Shown here: piece after piece, positions 1 to 15,142 of the stretch | Layout of the letters: each line of letters opens with the position of its first letter | How positions within the stretch are numbered: position 1 is the first letter of the stretch | Assembly: GCF_009914755.1 (NCBI RefSeq) | Contig: NC_060940.1 | Origin: the human T2T-CHM13v2.0 reference genome, Homo sapiens | Strand: one strand, 5' to 3' | DNA length: 64,000 nucleotides | Notes under the pieces: generated by a model | What the model was told of the DNA's origin: nothing | The model's input: only the letters and a program-made list of their open reading frames with translations | Databases searched by the model: none | Translations under genes and position numbers: made by a program

Positions 1-345
1 GTTTGTGCCACTGCACTCCAGCTTAGGCAACAGAGTGACACCCTGTCTTAAAAAAAAAAATTATTATGGTATGCAGTAAGGTCCACAAATCTTCCAAGGA
101 ATTGTACATGAGTACACACTCGTGTGGTGACCACCCAGACTGAGATAGAGAACAGTGCCAGCTTCCTGCCTATTCAGTCCCTCTCTTCCCTCCCCCCAGC
201 TCCCTGGGGATCAGACTCTATCACCAGAGTCTGTTTCTGTGACCAAACGTCCTATAAACAGAATCACGTGGTGTATGCTTCTCTGTGCCTGGCTTCCTCC
301 TCTGAACATGATGTCCAGGTGCTTCACCTTGTTGATGTGTGCAGT

Positions 346-648
<303 letters not shown>

Positions 649-1237
649 GTTATGTGCAGTTGTATCCATTCCTTCTCACTGCTGTGTAATATTCCACTGT
701 CTGAATAGACCATAGGTTTATCTGACCTGATGTCAACAAGCTCTGCTGTTCCCAGTTTGGAGCTGTCATGAATAGCGCTGATGTGTGTGTGCTTGAACGT
801 GTCTTTTGGAGAACGTACCACCACATTTCTGTTGGACATATCCTTGGAAGTGGGATTGTGGGGTCATAGGCTGTGTATGTGCCCAGCCTCGGGAAATCTG
901 TGGCAAGCAGATTTCTGAAACATTGCACCAACTTACGTTCACAGCAGCAGTGAGTGGGGGTTCCAGTTGCTCCCCATCCTCACCACTCTTGGTTTTGCCA
1001 TTTTCACTTTGCACCTTCTGGTGGGTGTGTTGTGTGTGGGCAGCTCCTTATTTCAAAGTGATCAAGGTTAGGGCTCACTGGTGAGCCCAGGCCACAGGCT
1101 CTGGGATATGTGTGGGTATCATGAGACCTTCCGTGAAGAATCTCTGGTTGGAGGGCCTTGAAGACCAGCTCTTGTCCAGTAAAGGCTCCTATGGAACGTA
1201 TAGAATTACCCGGCGCTTGTTAGAAATGCAGACTCTT

Positions 1238-1815
1238 GGCTGGGCACGGTGGCCCATGCCTGTAATCCCAGCACTTTGGGAGGACAAGGCAGGAAGATCC
1301 CTGGAGCCCAGAAGTTCAAGACCAGCCTGGGCAACATGGCGAAACTGAAACTGACCCAATAGTCCCATAGATAGTTTTTTGGATAAACAAAGAAATTGAC
1401 CCTTCTTGTCTTAAAACTTGAAGCTTTTATTTGTTTACGTGAGTTCTATATCAGGAAAGGACCTTCAGGCCTCTCAAAAAAGTATCAAAGAACTGAAACT
1501 AACCACCACATCCAGACAATGAGATGTGGAGGGGCAGGGAGGGGCCCTCATTCATCACGATTGTTTCCTTGCCCCTCCTAGTTCCTGTTTTCTTGCACAT
1601 CGTTACATTTCTTTCCTGCTGTATAAACCCCTAGTTTTAGTTGGTCAGGGAGGTGGGTTTGTGGCTGACCTCCCATCTGCTTGGCTGCCAGCACCGGATT
1701 AAAGCCTTCATCCTTTCCTTGGTAATACTCGTCATCTCAGTCATTGGCTTTCTGTGTGGCGAGCAGCAGGACCTAGTCTGAACCTCTGGTGTCTTGGTAA
1801 CAAAACCCACCTCTA

Positions 1816-1883
<68 letters not shown>

Positions 1884-2110
1884 CCAGGAGGTGGAGGTTA
1901 CAGTGAACTGAGATTGCACCATTGCACTCCATATATATATATATATATGTACATATGCATGCCTGTAGTCCCAGCTACTCTGGAGGCTGAGGTGGGAGGA
2001 TGGATTGAGCCCAGGAGTTCAAGGCTGCAGTGAGTCATGATTGCGCCACTGCCCTCCAGCCTGGGCAACAGAGCAAGACAGTGTGTCAAAACAAAAACAA
2101 AAACCAAAAA
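1238..2110 (+). mobile_element. AluJ-like element interrupted by the LTR, (A)n(AT)n and an Alu fragment
   Basis: Left arm 1238-1345 resumes at 1803; right arm ~1957-2090 with a CAAAAA tail. Confidence 0.85.
1346..1802 (+). mobile_element. Solo ERV LTR (LTR47-like) inserted into an Alu
   Basis: TG...CA termini; 4-bp TSD AAAC (1342-1345, 1803-1806); TATAAA near 1622 and ATTAAA at 1698-1703; resembles the recalled LTR47 consensus. Confidence 0.8.
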
Positions 2111-2435
2111 CCAGACTCTGTGGCTCACCTCCCACTCACAGGGTCAGGAACTCAAGAGGGGCCCAGCACGAGGTATTTTCACAGACCTGCCTGTGAGAGC
2201 CTCTGCCCAGAGCTCAGTGGTGAGGACAAGCGCTCTGCCTTTCCATAGCTCCATGGCCTTGGACTCAGTGCTTACCCTGTCTGGCCTCAGTTTTCTCGTT
2301 TGTAAAATGAGCATAATAACAGGACCCACTTCATAGGATGTTTTGGGGATTAAAGGGACTCATGTTTGTACTATGCTTGAAACAGTCCTTGGCACCTAGC
2401 TAGCACTCAATAAATGGCCGTAAAATTTAAAGTTA

Positions 2436-2777
<342 letters not shown>

Positions 2778-2949
2778 CTAGCATGACTTGACAAATCAGT
2801 GCCATATAACTGTTGTTCCAGTTGGGACACAGGAAACTTGCCACCTGCAAGCCCTGGCCCAGTGTAAAGCTCAAGTCCAGAGGGCTGGGGTTTGTGGGAG
2901 ACAGAACTGTCACCCCAGGACTATCAGAGAGAGAGGGGCTCCTGGCTCT

Positions 2950-3050
2950 TATTTCTGCAGAAGCAGCTAGATGGACAGGTCCCTCACTCCAAGGAGCCTC
3001 CACCACGTGCCCACACCTTTCTCTGGTTTCACTTTCAGTTTCTTGGAAAG
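2950..3050. promoter_or_regulatory. Candidate interferon/cytokine response element (triple-TTTC ISRE overlapping a GAS)
   Basis: GGTTTCACTTTCAGTTTC 3025-3042 overlaps TTCTTGGAA 3040-3048; STAT6-type TTCTGCAGAA 2953-2962; E-box CACGTG 3004-3009. Confidence 0.6.
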
Positions 3051-4764
3051 GCTGTCCTTCCCTACTCCAAGCCCCTCCCCTCACTCCCCACCCAGGATCT
3101 GGGCACTGGAGGCGCCAGACATCTTATGCCCTGTCCAAGGCTAGCAGGTAAGAAACGCCCCTTGTATCTGCCAAGGTCAAAATCATACACACCCAGGTGG
3201 GGCAGTCCCACCTCTGGGAGGTGTCTTGCAGAAGCACTCCTAGGAGTGTGAGGTGATTTGGCTCCACAGTGCTTGTGGTCAGAAACAACTGGAAAGAAGT
3301 TGTGTGCTCAGCAGCATGGTGGGGTGAGGGGGTTGCAGGGCATCCCACGCCATAACCCACGAGGTAGCCTCTATGGGCTGATGGGGGATCAGTGCAGGGT
3401 GGTAAGGGCCAGGGCCAGGTCTGAAGGGAGAGTGGGCTCCCATTCATGTGAGTGGGAAAAGCAATGTATGTGTCCAGGTGCGCCAGGTCGTGCAGAGCAT
3501 ATCTTGAAAAGGCACACAAGGGATTGATCAAAGAGGTTGCCTCAGGCAGGATAACTGAGATCTGGAAATGGTGTGGGAGGGGAACCAGTTTTTTTTCTGT
3601 GAAGTCCTTGGATGCTTTGAATTTTTGTTTAAATCATGCGCATGCATGATTATTGTTTATTCCCTGCCCCCACCCCACCTCAAGTACAGAAGAAAAGAAA
3701 GACAGTTTCTTTCTTAAACTAGTTTGCTGGAGGGCTGGACATCCTTTGTTGCTCATTTTCTGGGAGATGTAGGTTAAAATTAACCTACATCTTTGGAGGG
3801 CTTTGGAGTCAGACTGTCTGTGTTCAAGTCCTGGCTGCCCCACTTTGTAGCTTCTCGAGCAAGTCGCTTAACTTCTCTGAGCTTTTATTTTCTCTCCTGT
3901 AAAATGGCACAATATTATTGATATAATGTTGACATTATTATGGATACATTGATTTTTTTTTTTTTGAGACAGGGCCTCCATCTCTCACCCAGGTTGGAGT
4001 GCAGTGGCAAGATCAAAGCTCACTGCAGCCTTGACCTTCTGGACTCAAGTGATCTTCCCACCTCAGCCTCTTGAATAGCTGAGACTACAGGCATGCACCA
4101 TCAAGCCCAGCTAATTTTTTGTAGAGACAGGAGTCTTGCTTTGTTGGCCAGGCTGGTCTCAAACTTCTGGGCTCAAGCAATCTTCCTGCCTGGGCCCCTC
4201 AAAGTGTGGGGATTACCAGCATGAGCCAACCCGCCCGGACTGATGTGAATATGTTGATATTAATGTGATACTAAAGTTTCTGCCTTATAGGCTTGTTGCG
4301 TGGCTTCAATGAGACAGTGCAGGGACATGCCTGAGAAAGTGCCAGGCACCCCCCACCACATGACAGCAAGACTCAGTGTCTACAGTACACTTCCACTGCT
4401 ATGGGCGGCGGGTTGGGTGGAGATCTTCATGCCTATTTGCAGATGGGTAGGTTGAGGTACAAAGTAGCAAAGTCCCAGGGTAAGAGGCCTGGTCGGGGCC
4501 GCTTGTGCCCTGGATCTATTAGTGACCTGCTGTGGGACCTTGGGATGGTCCCTTCCCCTTGTCAGTGAATTGATGGGGTTGGAAAGGCTCTCCTGGGAAT
4601 CGTGAAATGCAGGGTCTCCAAGCACTAGTGACAAGTGAGGTGGCAGCACCTCAGATCCTGTTCCAGGCCCTGGGGCTAGGCATCTGCCCTCAGGCTTAGG
4701 AGCCTCCGTCTGTGTCCTCTGCCAGCACACCCGCTTTACCAAGCACACGACTTTCCCGGGGTCT

Positions 4765-4885
4765 TGTACAGTAGAATGCAGATCCTGACCCAGAAGGTGC
4801 TGGCGGGGCCTGCAGTTCTGCATTTCCAGCAAGGTTCCTAGAGAGGTCAGTACTGCTGGTCTGAGGACCGCACTTTGAGTAGCCA
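4765..4885. mobile_element. MER5A fragment
   Basis: ttctgcatttccagcaag...ctgctggtctgaggaccgcactttgagtagc. Confidence 0.7.
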
Positions 4886-4936
4886 AAGTCTGAATTTGAT
4901 GTGGGTCATGGTATACACCTGTGTAAAAAGCTATCC

Positions 4937-5246
<310 letters not shown>

Positions 5247-5276
5247 TCAAGCTGCACATTTAAGATGAGTGCACTT

Positions 5277-5385
5277 GTCTGGTCTGAAGGTAGTAAGTTA
5301 TCTCAGTCAATTGTTCACAGGCAGTTACAGATCCAACTCCTCATTTTACTCTTTCCCCTTTCTCATGACTGCACTTGACTAGTCT
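5277..5385 (+). pseudogene. Y RNA (hY1/RNY1-derived) retropseudogene
   Basis: gtctggtctgaaggtagtaagttatctcagtcaattgttcacaggcagttacagatc...ctgcacttgactagtct follows the hY1 RNA sequence end to end, then a short A-rich tail; no upstream PSE/TATA. Confidence 0.9.
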
Positions 5386-5398
5386 AAAAGCCAAAAAG

Positions 5399-5700
5399 GG
5401 CTGGTTGCGGTGGCTCACGCCTGTAATCTCAACACTTTGGGAGGCCGAGGTGGGTGGATCATTTGAGGTTAGGCGTTCGAGACCAGCCTGGCCAACACAG
5501 CGAAACCCCATCTCTACTAAAAATAAAAAGTAATTAGCCGGGCGTGGTGGCACGCGCCTGTAACCTCAGCTACTGGGGAGGCTGAGGGAGGAGAATTGCT
5601 TGAACCCGGTGGCAGAGACTGACTGAGCCAAGATTGTGCCACTTCACTCCAGCCTGGGCGACAGAGCAGGACTCCACCTCAAAAAATAAAAATAAAAAAA
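5399..5700 (+). mobile_element. AluS directly after the Y RNA pseudogene
   Basis: Full dimer with an A-rich tail. Confidence 0.9.
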
Positions 5701-6899
5701 TATCCAGCCCAAGAAGGGCCGCAGGATGAACTCAGAATGGTTAATGAACCATGAGCCAAGTGGTGAGTACTGGCCACCCACGGTGCCCCTTAGCCCTCCC
5801 CTCCCCCTCCCCATCTCCTCCATACACTCATCCTCCAACACACCCTCCTGGTCCAGGTGCTAGGGCGGGATGCAGGCGCCTCACATTCCAGCAGGGCAGC
5901 CGTGTCTGTCTCAGGAAATGCGTGTGGTCTCCAGCTCTGGCCGCCAGGAGACAAAGCCACCCGCTTTGTTCCTTGGCCCCCAGCAGGAGGGGGAAGGGGA
6001 GAATTTCCTTAGGAGAGGTTCCAAGAAGAGGAATTACTGCTTCAAAGGGAGTGCACCATTTCAGGCGGCTGAGAGCTGCTGCGCCGCCTTCCAGAAGGGG
6101 CCCGGCACCCCTTATTGTTCCCAGCATGTGGGTCCCGGCTGGGTCTGCCTTAGGGCCCACTCTCCTGTCACCTGCTCCCTCTCTTGCAGTTGGTGACCCC
6201 TGGGGTCTCCTCTGAGTGGCCTCTGCCCTCAGTTGCCCACCCACCCTGCCCCCTGTCCTTGCTGTCCTCTTGGTGGGGATGGATAGCCCCTTCTTTTCCC
6301 CTCCCCTACTGCCCCACTGCCTCACTCTCGTCATTTATTTCCTCACTTAGGTCCTTGTCCCTGAAGGGCCATGGAGCTAAGTGACCAGTGTGCCTCTCTG
6401 GGTCCCGTGTGTGTGGTAGGAATCTTCACACTGCCTTGCTGTGACCGTGGGCCATCGCATCACCTCCCTGTGCCTTGGTTTCCTGGCCTCTAAAGACTGA
6501 CCTTAAGGGGTTGTTTGTAAGGATGAAGGCACAAATGCAAGCCAAGTCCTTAGAATTCTCAGCACATAGCAAGTGCTCAATGAACCGCCTGGCTGCTGTT
6601 CGCTGGGGACACAGTCTTTTGCTCTCTGGATGTCTGACCGTGCCCTGTCCCTGCCTCACAGGGCCATCCATCAGTGCTGGTGAGCTGAGCTCAGCTGACA
6701 AGCCAGCCTGGCACGGAGCGCTGCCCCTCCTGCTGGTCCCAGATCCGTTCTGTCCGGAGGAGAATTTCTTATCCCCAGGAGATGCCTGGCCTCGTTAGGA
6801 GCCTCCTCACCCGCCCGCCCGCACCAACCCTCTGACTCCCTCCACCTCACCGCCTGGGAACAACAGGAAGAGAGCAGGACAGCAGCAGAAAGGAGTGCT

Positions 6900-7370
6900 G
6901 CTTATGTGGCTCTTCTCAGAATCAGGAGGCTCCCAGGCCAGGAATGTGAAACCATTATGCAGATGAAGAAGATGAAGCCCGAGAGGTTATGAAACAGACC
7001 CAAGTGGGCTCGCTCTTCAGTCTCGGCATAAGGAATCCGGAACCTGGGCCCGTGTCCGGAACTGCTGTGCCCAGGCAGCTTGCCTGGAAATCAGGTAGCG
7101 TGGGGGGACCCCAAAATCCCCCTGTGACAGACCACGAATCTGCCGTGTTTGTGCACCTCTGTTTTGCTTCCCAGAAACGAAACTTTGGCAACTGGAGAGG
7201 GATGGAGTGGGGCGGGTGGGGTACAGCAAGATCGGGAAACAGCACCGTCCTCAAATGCCTGCAGAAGGTGAGAGAACCAGCAAGTGTGATGAAGCACCTG
7301 TGTGCTTCGCAGCCATTACCGTGTCTAAATCTCACAACCACACAGTGAGGAAGGGTTTCTGTTTCCATTT
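6900..7370. promoter_or_regulatory. Candidate STAT/IRF enhancer cluster
   Basis: TTCTCAGAA 6913-6921; TGCCTGGAA 7081-7089; TTCCCAGAA 7168-7176 overlapping GAAACGAAACT 7174-7184; RUNX AACCACA 7336-7342; ISRE-like GGTTTCTGTTTCC 7354-7366. Confidence 0.55.
6989..7094 (+). CDS. RMI2: Candidate alternative upstream coding exon of RMI2 (short isoform, 84 aa when joined to exon 2)
   Basis: ATG at 6989; 106 nt = MKQTQVGSLFSLGIRNPEPGPVSGTAVPRQLAWKS plus 1 nt; donor CAG|GTAGCG at 7094/7095. Phase 1 matches exon 2, giving 35+49=84 aa, consistent with my recollection of an annotated short RMI2 isoform (not verified here). Confidence 0.6.
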
Positions 7371-7404
7371 TATAGATAAGCAAACTGAGGCTCAGAGAAA
7401 GTAA

Positions 7405-7730
<326 letters not shown>

Positions 7731-7744
7731 ATCATAATTGTTTT

Positions 7745-8610
<866 letters not shown>

Positions 8611-9800
8611 TTTTTTTTTTTTTTTTTTTGAGACAGGGTCTCACGCTCTCACTCAGGCTGGAGCCCAGCGGCATGATCATAGCTCACTACAGCCTCAACC
8701 TCCCTGACTCAAGCAATTCTCCCTCCTCAGCCTCCTGAGTAGCTGAGACTACAGGCACGCACCACCACACCTGGCTAATTTTTTATTTTTTGTAGAGTCA
8801 AGGCTCACTATGTTTCTGAGACTGGTCTGTAACTCCTGGACTCAAGTGATCCTCCTGCATCAGCCTCTCAAAGTGCTAGGATTACAGGTGTGAGCCACCG
8901 TGGCTGGCCCAGGGCTGGAATTCTGACCCAAGCCCTCATCTCACAGGCTGCAGAACTGAGCTCACATTCCATTGTGGGGGAGACAAGTGATGAACAAATA
9001 AATAAGATTAATTTAGGCAGAATGATGTTTTGGAGGAAGTTAAATGATTAGATGATGTAACAGAGGATGATAGCAAAGGGGTGGAATCTAGACCAGCCAG
9101 ATGGTTGGGGGTAGTGGGGTCTCTCGGCAGAAGCCGTGTTTGAACTAAGATGGGGAGGAAGAGGAGGAAGAGCCAGATGTGTGAATGTCAGAGGGAACAG
9201 TGTCCTGGGTGCAGTGACGGCACGTGCAAAGGCCCTGGGGTGAACTTAGCCTGGCGTGCGGAGGAACAGAAAGGCCTGCGTGGCCGGAGCTCTGTGAGTG
9301 ATGAGGATGGAGGAGCTGGGGCTGGAAAAGTAGGCAGGGGCCTGGCAGGTCACGTGGGGAGGAGTTTGGGTTTATTCTGAAGGTGGGAGGAAGCCACCAG
9401 GAAGGACTGAAGCAGGAGGTTAACCAGATTTTTGGGAGCCACAGCCTTACCTTTCCTCAGCCCTGGTCAGGTTGGGGTGGGTGCCTTGGAGAATGGTTAT
9501 GGGAGTGTCCTGAGGCCCCGAAGCCTGGAACTGTCCCAGACTTTGAGGTTCCCCATACCTGGGATCGCATTCTTGCTCTGCCACTTAATGGCTTGGTGAT
9601 CTTGGGCCTATAGCTTCAGTTCTCTGGGGCTTAGTTTCCTCTGCTGTAAAAATGGGGATGTCAGCCAGGGGCAGTGGCTCATGCCTGTCATTCCAATGCT
9701 TTGGGAGACTGAGGTGGGAGGAATGCTTGAGCCCAGGAGTTGGAGACCAGCCTGGGAAACACAGAGAGCCCCGACTCTACAATATATGTATATTTTTTTA

Positions 9801-10163
<363 letters not shown>

Positions 10164-10382
10164 TCAGCAAGATTTCCATGGACATCAAGTGTTCTTTCCT
10201 GTGGGGGCAGTGCAAGGAGGGTCCAAAGAGCAAGCTCCTGTGCCCCCGGGGGTGGGGGTGGGTCAGGGAGCCTCAGTTTACCCACTTGTGAAAGGGCCAT
10301 AGTAACCTCAGACCTCTTCAGCACTGGTTCCCTGATTTGAGGATTTCAAAGATCAGCAGACTTAAAAATATAAACATAGAGG

Positions 10383-11255
<873 letters not shown>

Positions 11256-11832
11256 CTACCAATTTAAAAAATTCGCCAAACATGGAGTTGCAAAGAAATC
11301 AAATACTATCTATGGTTTTCATCCCTTCCTAAAAGAAAAGATAATTAGCTGGTGCACGTGTGTTAGCTCCTATCGTCAGATGGAAGCTGGTCCCTGAAAT
11401 GCCAAGTGCTGCTCTGGATGCTTAAGAACTCATTGAGAGATGCATGCCCGGGGACAGGAAGTAGCCATGCAACTGTGAGGTGGCAGATCTGGGATTCAAG
11501 TCCTCAGGGGCCGGCTCCCCCATCTGTACTTTGCATCCCTAAGGCCAGTGGTCCTCAAACATCAGTAGGCACCAGTGCCACCTGCAGCACCCACCTGGAG
11601 CTCCAGTAGCCGGGGTGGGCCTGAGAATGGTCATTCCTCACCTGTCCCCAGGTGGTGCCAGTGCTGCTGGCCCCAGGCCACCCTTCAAGAACTGCTCCTC
11701 ATGGGGGCTGAGCAGGGTGGATCTGCTTGTAATCCCAGCACCTTGGGAGGCCGAGGCTGGAGGATCTCTTGAGGCTAGGAGTTCAAGACCATCCTGGACA
11801 ACACAGCGAGCCCTCATCTCTAAAAGAAAAAA

Positions 11833-12366
11833 ATACACACATGCAAACATACATATGTGCATACACATGTGCAAACACACACCTAATGCACATACACATA
11901 CATGCATATATACATGCATACATACACATACATACACGTACATGCACTTACATGCATACACGCCTGCATATACACATGCATGCACACATACATGCATATA
12001 CACATGCATGCATACACAGACATGCATACACACATGCATATACACATACATGCTACACATACACATGCATATGCATATACATGCATAAACACACACATGT
12101 ATAAACTCATACATGTATACACACATGTATGCACAATACATGCATACACAAATGCATGCACACATACATGCACATGCATGTACACATAGTTGTATACACA
12201 TACATGCATACACGTTTACATGCATACACATACATGCATACACATACATACACATGCACATGTATATGCACATGTACATATGCATACATACACACATGCT
12301 TATACGCGTACACGTATACACATACATACACACATGCATACACACCTACATGCACACGTACATGCA
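11833..12366. repeat. Degenerate (CAYA/TACA/TGCA)n alternating purine-pyrimidine tract
   Basis: About 530 bp directly after a FLAM/left-arm Alu tail (11703-11832). Confidence 0.95.
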
Positions 12367-13380
12367 TTCCACCACTCTCTGCTCTCCTATGCCCCAGATG
12401 GGCTTCTGCTTTATGAAAAACCTATTCACTTGTTCTGGTTTCTCTTTTTCCTTTGAAGATGTCAGGGAGCAAACCCATTCTGGGACCCATCACATGAGAC
12501 CTTCGATTGGGGCTAGGACACCAGGTCTGGGGCTCCCCCACTTCCAGGGCTGTGTTCTCATCTGACAAGATGGTGACCTCCACTGTCTCCCTCCAGGAGG
12601 CCAAAAATGTGAGGAGGGGAATCCAGAGAGATGCTTGGTGAGGAATTTTCCGGAAGATGGCCAGTTCCCTCAGGCAGTGTTAGCACTTACTGAGGGTCCG
12701 GGGTGTCCAGACATGATTTTCCCTTTGTTTTTTTTTGGTTTTTTTTTTTTTTTTTTTTTTTTTTTGAGATGGAGTTTCATTCTTGTTGCCTAGGATGGAG
12801 TAAATGGTGTGACTTGGCTGGCTGCAGCCTCCGCCTCCCAGGTTCAAGCAATTCTCCTGCCTCAGCCTCTGGAGTAGCTGGGATTCCAGGTGCCCGCCAC
12901 CATGCCCGGATAATTTTTTGTATTTTTAGTAGAGATGGGGTTTCACCATGTTGGCCAGGCTGGTCTTGAACTCCTGACCTCAGATGATCCACTTGCCTTG
13001 GCCTCCCTAAATGCTAGGATTACAGGCGTGAGCCACCACGCCCAGCCCCGACACCGTTTTCTGTATTGATCTATCAAATTTTTGTTGAGAGCTTTCTAGG
13101 TTCCAGGCAGCCACTGTTCTGATGCTTTACATCAACTCATTTAATTTCCCTCATGAGGTAAGAACTGTCATCCCCATTTTACAGGTGAAGAGACAGGCAC
13201 AGAGAGGCTGAGTTACTTGCCTGAGGTCCCACAGCAAGTAACAGGCAAGGCCAGGATTCCAGGCCAGGCCAGGAGGCTCCCGGCTCTCTGTTGGCCCAGC
13301 CCTGGTCTTCTTAATGAGATCCCAGATCAAGGCTGGGACGAGGGGAGAGCTGTGCCTGGCACTGCTGCTTGCTTTCCAGG

Positions 13381-13842
13381 TGTAGTGGGTTAAAAGTGTC
13401 CCCAAAGAGATAAATCCACGTTCTAACCCCCCAGAACCTGTGACAGTGACCTTATTTAGAAGAAGGGTCTTTGCAGATGTCATTAAATTTAGGATCTGAG
13501 GATCTGGAAACGAGAACATGGGTGGACCCCAAATCCCATGTGAGGTGTCCCTGGAAGAGAGAGGCAGAGAGAGATTTTGGACACAGACACGGAGGCGAGG
13601 AGGCCCTGTGCAGATGGAGGTGGAGGCTGGAATCACACAGTTCCAAGCCAAGGAATGCCTGGAGCCACCAGAAGCTGGAAGAAGCAAGGAAGGGGCCTCC
13701 CTTCCATCTTCTGGAGGAAGCAGGGCCCTGCTGAAACCTTGACTTCAGACTTCTGGCCTCCAGAACTGTAAGAGAATCAAGTTCTATTGTTTTAAGCCAC
13801 TGAGTTCATGACTTGTTGCTTGTGGCCTCGGGAAACTGACAT
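13381..13842 (+). mobile_element. MLT1 (MLT1C-like) solo LTR
   Basis: Typical MLT1 motifs (gtgaccttattt..., caagccaaggaatgcctggagccaccagaagctggaaga, ctggcctccagaactgtaagagaat); flanks ccagg/cctgg. Confidence 0.85.
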
Positions 13843-14250
13843 CCTGGGTAAAACTCCTCCCCTCTCTAGGCCTGTGTCTCTTCACTTCTGTGCCCACCAT
13901 GCAGCTCCTGGGTCCCCTGCTCACTGGTCCCTGACACCAGCTGGCCAGGGACCCCTCAGTACCTGTGGGGAGTGCGGTGGGCCGGCGGCCTTCCAGAACT
14001 GCATTGGGCAGGCCCCGCCAGGTTTATGCCTGGAGCGGCCTCCCTCGCCTGATGCACTGGGCTGGGATCAAGAGGCATGAGCTCTGCTGCAGACCCCACT
14101 GACCTTGGAGAAGACGTTGCCCTCTGGGCCTGTTTCTTCTGGGAGATGGGAGCCCTGTCACCTGCTAGGTTTGCTGGGAGGGTTCACAGGGTTCTTTAAA
14201 CATGGCAGGGTCTCAGTCTGTTGTGGACGTCATTGTCATTGGTTTATTAC

Positions 14251-14277
14251 CTGTCTGTCTGTCTGTCTATCTATCTA

Positions 14278-14326
<49 letters not shown>

Positions 14327-14332
14327 ATCTAT
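14251..14332. repeat. Compound (TCTG)n(TCTA)n tetranucleotide STR in an antisense AluJ tail
   Basis: ctgtctgtctgtctgtctatctatctaatctatctatct... Confidence 0.95.

Positions 14333-15142
<810 letters not shown>

Noticed and set aside
11615-12565. Many His/Thr/Met or Cys/Val/Tyr-rich ORFs up to 235 aa
   Set aside because: Translations of the (CAYA)n low-complexity tract.
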